A stretch of DNA of 63,924 nt, counting the filler, from Sphacelaria rigidula (lineage: Eukaryota), in NCBI GenBank assembly GCA_964200075.2. It is 7 parts of 7 records of this genome, joined end to end, with 100 filler letters (N's around TTAATTAATTAA, not from the genome) between each part and the next. Parts side by side here need not be neighbours in the genome. Positions count along the whole stretch, not along the records: positions 9,149 to 18,195 come from CAXNAA020009436.1; positions 18,296 to 27,342 come from CAXNAA020009437.1; 5 more parts are not named here. The stretch is one strand, 5' to 3'. This document shows, in pieces, positions 11,673-23,699 of this stretch. Within the stretch, counting starts at the first letter, position 1; the number at the start of each line of letters is the position of its first letter. The position numbers and the translations under genes are program-made. The notes below the pieces were generated by a model. That model worked only from the letters and a program-made list of their open reading frames with translations, searched no databases and was not told the DNA's origin.

Positions 11673-14600
11673 GGCGGGTCTATTGTAGCAGCAGTCTTAC
11701 GTACATCACACCCCACAGAAACTACCTCCCGAAAGTACCGCCTTGTGCAAGCCTGGGGGGGGGGGGGTCACCTCTCTCTGGCAAAGTCGATGTAAAGATG
11801 GTACTGTTGTAATGCGTGAGAGGACCGCGTGCTTAGAGAACCGCGCCGTAGTTCAAAACACCTCAGGATCGATATTTTTCGAAACCAATCAGGCCAGTCC
11901 CTGCAGGTACCACGCCCTTGACCATAACCCTCACACTAACCCTAACCCTAACCCTAGGGATGTTCAATTTACGATGCGGTCCTCTCACGCATTATACTGT
12001 ACTCCCTTGACCAAGTTGTTTCATATTGGACTAGATGAAAATACTGTTCCACTTCTTCTGGCTATATCTTGTCGGTGTATTTACTTGTGGTATGTGCATG
12101 TGTGAACGGCGTGCTAATCCATTACACTACTGCACTGTGTAGTAAAGCAGTTGCATGTCAACTTCCATGCTGATGTAAGGGCGGAAGGAAGACAAGAGTT
12201 TTGGTGCATCATAAATTCTCACCTGGTGCTTGGTAGCCCCCTGTTCGTAGGATTAATCGGAAACGCTGCGTACCGTCGGCGTTGTACAATTTGTAAGGGG
12301 CTCACTGGGTTGGATATTTGTGAAGCGGCGAGCAATGGACGAAATTGTACACCGAAGAGGGCCAAACCACGTACGAGACCGAAAGGTTGACAAACACGCC
12401 GCAATGTGCGGAGGGCGCTACGATCGCCAGCGGCAACGTTACACCACACCCCGATCCCGATCCCGCAGCCTAGCGCCCTTCAAGGCGCCGTCACCAGGCG
12501 AAGTGTTACCTATAGTTGCTGCAAACGGGTCCTTTATTCAATTTTTACCGCACACGTGGCCGGCATGGATGGCGAGTTTGAATATGCGACAACTACTGCG
12601 GGTTGTCCACCCAGTGAACACCGTCTCAAGATCACCCACAGACTGTCTAAGCCCGCACATCGTGCGCAGGCCGACTTGGAGACTACAATCCTACGAACAC
12701 CCCCCGTGTGTCACTCGTAGGCTTTCTACCAACTTGTCGGATTTATACCGCGCGCTTCATATCGCACGAGCAACTTCAGATGGTGGGACGGTGGGCTGTG
12801 CAGGCTACAGAATGCCCACTGCAGGTCGAAGTCATCCCAACTCTCCAGTGCGTATACGCCAGGTTCCAAACGTCTCATGTTGTATAGGAAACAGAATATC
12901 CGTGGGAAAACAGTATTGTGTATCACGGGTTCGTAGGGGATGGAAAGGTTGCCGCCGTGGTTTATCCGACTTGCCCTTTGCATGTACCAACTTGTTGCCT
13001 TTCCCAGTTCAGTTGGCCGTGCTAGTAGAGGAGGGGGGAGGGCGAACTTTGTCATGATTTAAGACGAGAAAAAACGACGCCCGCTCCAAACTCCAGCAGA
13101 CGTTCGCCGTGGCACCAGGACCACCTTTTTTTAGCTATAACATAGCTTGGCAAAACAGTCAAGACGTAATTATGAACATGACATAAGCCTTGGTAACAAG
13201 TTCGAAGTACGATATTCAGTAGCTAGGGGTAAGATCTTTTTGCAATGAGCTACATGGTTCGTCACCTCTACCCTACTTCGGTGGCACCGCTTCGCCGTTT
13301 TCGCTAGAGATATTGGACCCCAAGACAGCGTAGTCGTTTATTCTGTTTCATCCTTCTTTATCGATACAGTAGTACCAAGCTCACGGCCTCGTTCGGCATA
13401 TTGCACTGTGTACGCACCCCAAACAGAAGCAGATATGAAACCGTTCTTACTATACTTGCACACCGGATGGCTGACACGTTGGACACGCCGGACCGGTCGC
13501 CGTGGCAGCGGTCGCCGCGGGCTCGTTTCCACCCAATAGTTCAATGCTTGACCACTCCGCTGACCATCCACTTATTGTTGCAACAGTGATTACTATTGGG
13601 CTGCTGCGTACGATACACGGTCCGCAAAAACACAGGGCGGGTTGGTGAGGGTGTGCAGTAGTGATGAGGAGTGTATGTGCTGTGTGTAAAAGTGCACCAC
13701 GGGCTGAAACGGGGAGGGACACCGAATTCGATCCCTCCAGTACGTTGGGGTGATCCGCAGCAATGCTCTGAGCAGAGAGGACACCCTACAATAAAAAGGA
13801 GAGAGAAAGGCGCTCAGGGTCGAGAACTTACCTCGTGCTTAGTATTGATATCTAAAACCAAGTGTTGATATTACTCAGTTTGCTCAGGGTTGAACGTAGA
13901 CGAGCGTATTGATTTCTCAGTTTGCTCAGGGCTCAGCGCTCAGTGCTTTGAACGGCGTTGGAACCACCCCACGAAGCCTCTCAAGGGTTCGTTATGCATG
14001 CAATCTTACCCCTCCACCTGAATCGCCTGTATTTATAATTTTCAGATTCGTTTCATGAGGTTGGAAATATTTTCGTCTTCTGTGTGCGTTTCCTCCCTTT
14101 GTGTTTTTATGTACGACTTCCCTTTACCCCATTGCCATTTTTCACAGTAACTAGATAAGTGCTTTCGAGCCTGAGATTTCAAGGAAGAAAAATAGTATAA
14201 ATCAAACGATACTCTGCCGCTACCGTCTGAGACGACAGGCAAATCACAGCCGGATAACCGGCAAGTGAGCAATCTATTCGCTGTTGCTGAAAATCTGGAT
14301 TACCTCGTATGGAACTGCTGGTGCTCACCTCGATCCAGGTCAAACACATCTTGTCTCCGCAACTTGGCGAATTACGCATATATATTATTACACACTTAAC
14401 GGGAAGCCGAGGCCAGCATTGCTGAACACCTTTTCTGCTAGACGAGCGCAGATCAACGTCAAAGAGAGAAACATGGTACTACATCTGACGATCACAATAA
14501 CTGTCAAGCAAACATCCAAAATCACGACGTATAAAGTAGAAGCACGTCAACCAAACATTTGGGCCGAAGCTTGATGCCCCAAAACAAACCCGCCTGAAAT

Positions 14601-15714
14601 CAACATCCTGATTCCCACTCTGGCACTCATAAAACTACGACCACGCCCCCCCCCCCTCCCCGAAGCACTTCGACGTGGTCTCCAACGACAACCCACTGAC
14701 CATTGACTGCGGCTTCCTGGGGGGATCTGCGGTCTCGTCGCATATTGCATGCACCATAGTCGTATACATGATACAGCGGGAACAAGAGAAAAAAACGCAC
14801 GTTGTCCACGCCAGTACCAGGACTACTGTTCGTTGAGATATATCTACAGCCCCCTGGATGATCGGCATCCCCGACGCATTCGTACTGCCCGCCGAACGTT
14901 CTGATTTGGTCGAGTCCTTGACAGCAAGCACGACTGAGCTCCTCTCGTACGGTGCAGACTGTCCCCCCCCCCCTCTCTGATAACAAATACTGCCTGTGGT
15001 GGTAATTGATAGTCCCCGCTCTGAACTTTTGCCCACAATTTAAACAGTGATGACGAATGAGGGGACGCTTAGGGGCTTCCCTCTCGCGCCGCCTGTTGGA
15101 CAGTCCATCCATTATTGGCTATCTGCTCAGGAAACTGGAAAGCCGGGGGCACCTCGAGCAGCCAAGGCTCCGCCATAGACCTGCAGCTCTTCCAATATCC
15201 ACGGGAGCGCGACGTTCATCTCTGATGGGCACATCTTGTGCTTGAACATATTGTAAGGCTTGCTTCGCATTGATGCGTCCATGATGCCTGTAGGGTCGCC
15301 CGTGACACGGGGGACACGGGTCGCTCCCGCCAGGAAAGTTGTAGAGAGAGAGATAACATTTTGAACTGCAGAAATGAACCGGATCGCTTATGAATCTACT
15401 CGCGTGTTGAGGAATCTAGCATTAGTCCAGAATCCGCGGCATATTTCCTCTCGGTACTTCCAGGATGCGTTGGGGTGTGCCAACGTCTTTCTGGAAATGG
15501 CGACCACCACGATATGCCCCATTTCCATATCCGCCACGCGCTCCTTCCACTTCTGTGAGACAGGTCAAAGCCCAAGAGGGATTGCCGCCCTTCCTCGTTC
15601 GCGGCATACCTCTTGAATGTACCGCTGAACCAGGAGCGCTCGATAGGAGTGGAAACTGGCATGTGTGGTACATGTACCGCCTGCGTATTTGCTAGGATAT
15701 ATCCATGTGGCATA

Positions 15715-16350
15715 CGTTGTTGTTGAGCTACCTTTCAAGGAGCGTAGTGGGCAGCAGCTCAACGAAACCCGGACAACGTCGCTGTTGTATTGACTGCCTG
15801 TAGCAATTACACGCCTTCAAATCGTATGAGTGCGTTAAGTTGTGATATCTTCATCGAATTCCATATATTCAAAACGGCTATCGATTGTCACCAAAGTACC
15901 CTTTCACCGGCTCCCGCTAGGTGTAAGAAAAAGCGGCGCCACTGTTTTGCAAAGCATCTCTGGAATCTGCATAGAGCGATAAGTAGAGAACCCAAGTGAA
16001 ATGAACTCGTTCATGTTCGGAAGAGGAATTCGTGTCTAAAAAGCGCTTTTCAGATTGAAAACTGCGGAATTTATTCGAAGAAAACTCTGTGCTCGGTAAT
16101 GTGACGTAGAGCTCGCAAAAAGTGTGGCATCGTGTTTTCTTACACCAGGCGGGAGCCGGGGAAAGGGTATATTCTCAGCCTTTGACAGCCGTTTTGATGC
16201 TGTGGGAAAGGATTAAAATATCAGAATTTTTCGTGCTTGTACAATTTGAAGGAATGGAGTTGCTGCAAGCAGTCAGTGCGACAACAAACGTTTCCGGGCT
16301 TCTTTGAGCTAATGCCGACTACGCTGCTCGAAGGCTAGCTCATCAACAAG
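15715..16350. mobile_element. Fold-back MITE with long imperfect TIRs (about 230 bp) and TA flanks, Tc1/mariner-like
   Basis: ttgttgttgagctac.../...ctagctcatcaacaa and ccggctcccgctaggtgtaagaaaa / ttttcttacaccaggcgggagccgg are reverse complements. Confidence 0.8.
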
Positions 16351-18399
16351 TACCTCAGGCAAGACTTGTCTGGACAACACTCGAGGGCATGGGTTACAAA
16401 GGAAATGGCAACTGGTTACGGAAACAACGCCCTTATTCTTGGCGAAACCATGTATCGCCTCAACTTGCGATGTCCTCCTCAGAGTTGAATTAACGGCACG
16501 TTGATAGCGCGCCACAACCCCGGTTCTGGCTCTTTGATATCTTCTCTCGACCGAACCGATCCGGATGGCCGTAATGAACAATTCAATTGCTCAAGTTTTT
16601 CCATCATTTCGATATTCTTTGCGCTACCGCCGACAAAACGTATATTTGGGCTATATGCGGTCAATACCACCCCCTCGATGAACGGGTTTTTACTCTGTAC
16701 AGCTTCCGACACCAAATTTGGAAAATGTGTCCTGAGCACGACCCTCTGCTCTTTCCGACGCCTACCAGCTCTCCAACTCTCGAGTGAAGGTGACAAATCG
16801 TCAGTGAAAAAAGCCCGATTGAGTAAATACCATATTCGAAGTTTGACTACTGTATTTTTTGCGGGATCCGATCTCACGAAATCCAACATAGTGTCCATAT
16901 CACCGGTCTGACTAACGGGGGAACGGGGGCTACTAGCCTGTGCGGCTGGTTTCAAGGAGTGTTTACCTACGGCCGCGTAGTTGAGCTGGCTGCCTCAAAA
17001 GTCCAAGAACTCGTCTAGCAGATACCCGAGAGGTTGTTGGGAGGCGGCTGTCCCAGTTCGCGTGCCTCGCGTCCGCGCTTCTGGACCAATGCAGCCACCA
17101 TCAACTGGAGAAAAAGAGGCAGTTAATGGGTGCGTGGACGAGAGAGTGGATGTATGAAATGGCTAATTGACGAGACATGAACGAATCAAATGCATGGAAC
17201 GAATTAAGCAACAAACGAATAAATAAAATGGATATTGTGACACATGATATGAGTGACGATATGGGGACATGACCTATACATGGGGATGACTTTGGGGTGG
17301 ATGGAATTATTTGCACGAAGCGCGATAATGGCCGAGCGTTCAAGATCGGCATCCGGCAAACGTTCAAGACTCGTGTAAAATCAGGCGAAGAACGAAAACG
17401 TGGGACGTGTCCTGTTTCATTGTACTGCAGCACAAACACACTCACCTCCTTTCCCATGCACTGCAGCTATAATTGTTCTGTAGTGTGTTTGGACCTTTGC
17501 GAAGACGGTTTTGGTCTCCGCTAAGATTGCATGAGTTGCTGTATTGTTGTGTTCGTCTCTCTGTAGAAAATAGTATCAGCCGGGACGCAGTGCCGTCTAC
17601 ACATAGGCTGTTAAAAACTTCACAATGTTTTGACTGTTTCGTCTTCCGTGTAAGGAACGAGGCGCTACCCAGACCCAGAATTCGCGCGACACCATCCATG
17701 GCTGGATAAAGACACACTATCAGCGTCGGTATACCCCGCTCGACCGGCTGGGCCAGACCACGCGCTCCGATGAAAGGAACAACCCACGGCAAAGTGCGGA
17801 TATACTCCACCGCCACGGAACTGATTGCACCCGGCAGCATGGCGGCCGCTGCCGCTGGCGTCGGCGCCAGGGCTCGCGGCCACGGAAGGACACAACCAGC
17901 CATAGTGAGGTGGGGAAATACCGATACACGAGCACCGCCGTGACCCCCTCCGGCGGCAATGCACCACTCGCTGTCTCCTTGCCTTGCTGCTTGGTTTCTC
18001 TGCTGCTGCTCTATCTGTCCCGGCGCGACTTTTAATCTATGTACACTAGCACGTACAGTGCAGGTGTGACTCGAGTGTGTTGTGTGTGTGTTGTCGCCCC
18101 GTCTATTCTGGACGCCGGTCTACACGTTTCGGTATATGTGGGTGCACCAGCCGGGGTCACACAGGAGGAAGGTCAACACAGGAGCTTCTTCTTTTNNNNN
18201 NNNNNNNNNNNNNNNNNNNNNNNNNNNNNNNNNNNNNNNTTAATTAATTAANNNNNNNNNNNNNNNNNNNNNNNNNNNNNNNNNNNNNNNNNNNNGAGCA
18301 AGAACGTTTGAACAACGGTTGTTGCTTTCCACGACGGTTGATGCAAATTTTCACGGAAAAAAACGGCCCAAAAAACCCCCCCCCCCCCCCACTATATGT

Positions 18400-20255
18400 G
18401 TAGCCTGGTTCGGCGAAAACCCTGCGTGCTCCGTCCTGGCTTTGTAGGGATGTGAGGTCAATGATCCTATCACTATGGCATGCATGATCATGAGTACACT
18501 ATCGCAGCATGACTCGGACCGCGTGCGTTTCGGTCCGAATCGTCGTTCAAAGTACCCCGGGACCGACGCTTTTCGGGACGGCTCGGGCCAGTCCCTGCAG
18601 GGACCGCGCCCCTAACCGTAATCCCAACCCTAATCAGAGGGGTGTTTAAACTCCGATGGGGCTCAAAACGCACGCGGTCCGATCACGCATTGCACATTGA
18701 CCCGGCATTTTTTCGAGACGGACCACTACAATAAGGGCGTGTACTCATGGTCTCGCATGTCGTAATCATAAGATCATTGACATCGCATCCGTGCAAGGCC
18801 GCGACGGAGCACCGCGGATTTTCGCCGGACCGGGCTCGCAATAACCAAGCGCGAAGCGCCGTCATGTGTTCGGCGACTGTACGATAAGGGCACGCGGGGG
18901 GGGGGGGGGGTGGAGGGGGGCGTACCCATTTATTTTTGGCTTTGTCGTTTAGCCATTGGCCACGCATCCCTCTCGAGACAGAGTAGGTCTACGAGAAGGT
19001 GGGGGGGTGTACTCATGAACTTGCATCCCTTGGTCATATTACGATTGACCTCACATCCCTACAACGCGGGGACGGAGCACGCTGGCTTTTCGCCGGACCA
19101 AGTTCGCAATCAATCACCAAGTGCGAAGCGCCGTGATGTGTTGGGCGAGTCGCATGAAGCGTGAGCTGCATCCTGCTAATATTGTTCGGCCCGAAGCGCA
19201 CTGACTATCTTGCATTCGGATTGATTACAGCCTTCAAAATGCTGCTTCATTTTCTGATATCGCCACTTCCAGAGACAGCCACGGGTTTCACACTGCTTCA
19301 TGGGTGTCTGTCTCATCATTCAAACACTACGTAGTATGATCATCCCCATCGTGCGGAGTTGGGGATCTCCCACGCCGCACAACATGATCTCGCTCGACTA
19401 CCATCATGGTTGCCCCCCAAAAACGCAAGCGCGCAAAAAAATCGGTAACCTGATTGCCTAGCTTACGCAGTCAGTGGCATGTTTATAGTGTCATCGCCAA
19501 CCGACGCCAACCCCATCGGGGGTCCGCCCCTACAAAGCCGGGACGGAGCACGCCGGGTTCTCGCCGGACCGGGCTGAAACTGGGGAGGGGGGGAGGGGGG
19601 CGTACTCATTTCTTTTTTGACTTTGTCGTTTAGCCATTGGCCACGCATCCCTCTCGAGACAGAGTAGGTCTACGAGAAGGTGGGGGGTGTACTCATGACC
19701 TTGCATGCCATAGTCATATTACCATTCACCTCGCATCCCCACAACGCGGGGACGGAGCACGCCGAGGTTTCGCCGGACCAGGGTCGCAATCAATCACCAA
19801 GTGCGAAGCGCCGTGGTGTGTTCGGCGAGTCGCATGAAGCGTGAGCTGCATCCTGCAAATATTGTTCGGCCCGAAGCGCATTGATTATCTTGCGTTTGGA
19901 TGGCGGCCTTCAAAACATTGCTCCATTTTCTGGTATCGCCACTTCCAGAGACAGCCACGGGTTTCGCACTACCTCATGGGTGTCTGTCTCATCATTCAAA
20001 CACTACGTAATACGATCATCCCCTCTGCACGGAATTGAGGTTCTCCCACCCCGCACAACATGATCTAGCGCGACCACCATCATGGTTCCCGCGGAAAAAA
20101 CGCAAGCGCGCAAAAGAACACGCTACCCTGGCTGCGTAACTTATCCAGTGAGAGGCGCGTTTTTATAGCATCATTGCCAACCGACGCCGACCCCATCTGG
20201 GGTCCGTCCCTCCAAAGCCGGGACCGCGCACGCCGGGTTTTCGCCGGACCAGGTC
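18400..20255. repeat. Cluster of a very abundant repeat family, including a diverged tandem duplication of about 650 bp (about 18915-19575 and 19595-20255)
   Basis: Core ctggtccggcgaaaacccggcgtgctccgtcccggctttgtaggg; reverse copies at about 34955-35460 and 61435-61910, fragment at 54881-54950. Confidence 0.85.
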
Positions 20256-20954
20256 TACGATAAGGGGGGGGGTGCTTGGATCCACGAAAAGCAGGGGCTC
20301 ATACGTGCGACACACTCACGGTGCGCTTGTATTTGCGTGAAAATGATGTCGAACAGTGTGAATGAACGTGTCTTGTTGATACAAAACGCGTTCGAATAAA
20401 CGTTGCTGCTTTCAACGGTGATTCGAAGTGGAAGCTTCGTGGAAGAAATGACCCGAAATACCCCCTGCACCCCCCCCACCATACGATTAGTCAAGACGCG
20501 TTTGATTCGCGTTCCAAGTGCGCGTCATTCAGGAAAATGAGATCGAGCCGGACCTGAGTCCTACGAGCCATCAATAATTTTGATGTTGATGTTAGACTCG
20601 TCCTCATTTTCCCGCATGGCTCGTGAACTTCAGTCTTGCGTGTCGTTTCAGGAAATGAGAAAAGAGTCGGGCACAAGTGGCATGAGTCAGTAAGAAGAAA
20701 CAGGAGGACGATCCCGCCTCAAGTAGGACAGCGCCTTGAGAAGACGTGAGGATGAGTCTGACTCGGGTCATTGGAGTCATTGAAAAAACAGGAACGGATC
20801 TGACTCGCAGTCAGCCATACAACAATGCGCGGTTATACGAATCAGGTGGTTTCTGAATGCTGTTGAGTAGTAACGTGCAGTGCATGTAGTGTACTGCGGC
20901 ATGACTCGAGTAGACTCGCTCGCACGAATCGACTAACTACGAATCAAGACTAAC

Positions 20955-21328
20955 TAGAGATCGGAAATGGTACCAGTTATAACTGGCCATTATCATTATA
21001 GTGGTGGTATTGGTAACGGTTACATCAAAATTTCGAATGATGGTTTCAAACAATTATTCACCGTTACCGGCCACGTATGCTACATACAGCCCTTGAAAAT
21101 TGGCCCCCATCTAACGTATTGTTTTAGCTCTAGTGAAACCAAATCGCGTAAAAATGTGCTTTCGGCCTGGCGCCTCCGGCGGGGGCCCTTCTGCCAGGAG
21201 GGGGCTTTTTGGATCGCGGCTGCGCCGCTGGATGACCAAACCATTGTGTACCATTTAGCTGGTTAGTGAGTGCGCTACGCGTAACCAATCAACTGATGAA
21301 TGGTTAGACAAACAATTTCCGAGCTCTA
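20955..21328. mobile_element. hAT-like MITE, copy 1
   Basis: TIR tagagatcggaaat...atttccgagctcta; 8-bp flanks agactaac/agactgac. Confidence 0.85.
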
Positions 21329-23699
21329 AGACTGACTCCGCGTCACGCTCGTGTACTTGGTTGTCAATCTCTCACCTGTAGTGGTCCATCCACCGTGCTG
21401 TACCTGCGCAACGGGAGCTTGGCTTAATATCATGCACGCTATCCTACGTATCCTATTGTTCGGATTTCGATGACTGAAGTCGTACCACCTATTCAGAAAT
21501 ATCTGACTTGGAAGCTACGAGTCATCAGAGAAAAGATATACTAGTCAAACATTAAACTTGGCATTTTCAATGGAAAGGGAGCTTTTCAGACGTTCCGATT
21601 ACCAGGACTCATCACGGTTCCTGTTCAATCCAAACGTTTTGGGAATCGAGAGACATGAGCACCCGATACATGTTCCGAGGGAAAAATGTAAACTACGACT
21701 AGGTTTTAGCGAGACACGTGCTCATCGGACTTAGGGGGTACTACGAGTGTATAACCCCCCGGTTCTCGCTCTTTGATATTTTCACTCCACCGAACCGATC
21801 CTGATCGTTACTACGAACCATTCTATGCTCAGTCGTTTTCTTTCCTCGACATCAATTGCGCTACAGTCGGAGAATGCCGTGTTTTTGGGGCATGTGCGGT
21901 ATATAACACCCCCTCGATGAACACTGTCTTTTTTTTTCCCGTATCGTTCCGACGATACAAAATTGGGAAACGTGTCCTGAGCACGACCTTCTTTCTTTCC
22001 CAACGCCTACGGAATTTCAAACTCTCGAATGCAGGTGATAAATATTCTGTGAAAAGGTCCCGATTGAGCAAATAGCAATTTTTCACGTCGGCTACTGTAC
22101 GGACCAGTCGGATCCGAGCCGTGCGAATCATTGAAGAAAATATACGGACCAGTCAGATGCGAGTCCTACGAGTTATTATGACAAACCAACAGCAAGTTTG
22201 ACTCAAGTGTTGCGAGATATCAATGAATTCATGATGGGTAGGTGTTACTTGCAAGGACCAGACTGGGACTTTTTGCGAGTGTGAAATCCTGTGCTCTGAC
22301 TCGAAGGCGACTTACTTGCTACTGTATACCGTATGGCATTCAGAATACCCACACAATGTCCACGCGATTGTTTATTACCGTCGCTTGAAATTCACGCAGT
22401 TTCATATCCCATATGCTCCAGTCAGAAGCCAACTCAGAATTCGCCGGCGTCACCGTGCAGCTACTTGTGAAGCGAGTAATGAACAAGAGTTCGATTTCTT
22501 TCTCGCTCATCGGGGAATGCGTCCGTCGATTCGATTGGACACGTCGAATACCTTGAAAGAGAGATCGCACAAGCTAACGCCTAAGATAAGTCGCTCGCGT
22601 ATTTAAAGGCTCACACCGTGCGTCGGTCGACGATCTTAGTGTGTACTGTACTACCTTTTGCCTCGAGTGTATTTTCTAGATGACACTCAAGTGATTCTAG
22701 ACCAGAGTGCTATCAACCATGACACCCGCATATTCGCCCGCCTTTTCTGCGTCTTCTTCCGTGCTGCTCAACAGTCGGACACGTGGAACGTCGGCCTCGA
22801 CCAGTCTTCCCCCGCCGTGGACAAGTTCATGGCCACCACCATCGACCAGAAACATCAGATCTGCAGAGCTGATGACGAAATACCACCTCCAGTCGTCGAA
22901 CCGCTTCAACCCTCCGCCCGACAGAAGACAAAATCAAAAAGCGACAGGAACGACACTTCTACAACCCTACCCGCCGGTACTTCTTCTGCACTGACAACGC
23001 CGGCGATATCAGATACTGTAGAGCGGGTCGCTCAGATGTTCAGTTGGATTGATCTCCCCAGTTTATATTAACCGGACGACTGCCACTGCCTGTCCAGATC
23101 CGGAACTGGACTCGCCGTTCTTGACACGCCGGAAAAAAATGAAGATGTTCCACCATGACGGCGTTGTTCTCCAGACGATTCGATTGAATCGGAGAACCAT
23201 CCGCACGGAGTAGGCAACAAGCTTAGTGGTGTCTCAAATAATGATTCGGGGGAATCCGGGTTCGGCGGACCATCATTCAACAATCTGTTCTTCCCGCCGC
23301 CGGGGCAAGTTTTCCAAAGCCGTCTCGTAGCCGAGCGCACGTGCGCTATCAATGCTCGGTTACGGAGAGTGGGACCGATTCGCGGGACGTTTCTGCTAGC
23401 GATTCCGGCGAGAGAACCGATTTCGATCACGTTCGATTTAGGCACCCGAGGGCGGGAAAGTTCGCGCAAGATCGGAAGCGGTATAAGGTTCTCCTTGGCC
23501 AAAGTGCTTTCCTTGGATACCACACCCAACAGATCGCATACTGTAGTACTAAGCAGCACCGAGACGTCGGCGATGTCGATCGCGCAAATGTTTGACATAC
23601 TGACAGTCTTGAAGATGCGGGTTTGGACGCTTCGAAATGGCAGAATCGTGAATGATTGACATGTTTGCGTCAGCAAAGGGTTCGCTCCGGGAAAAAGCC

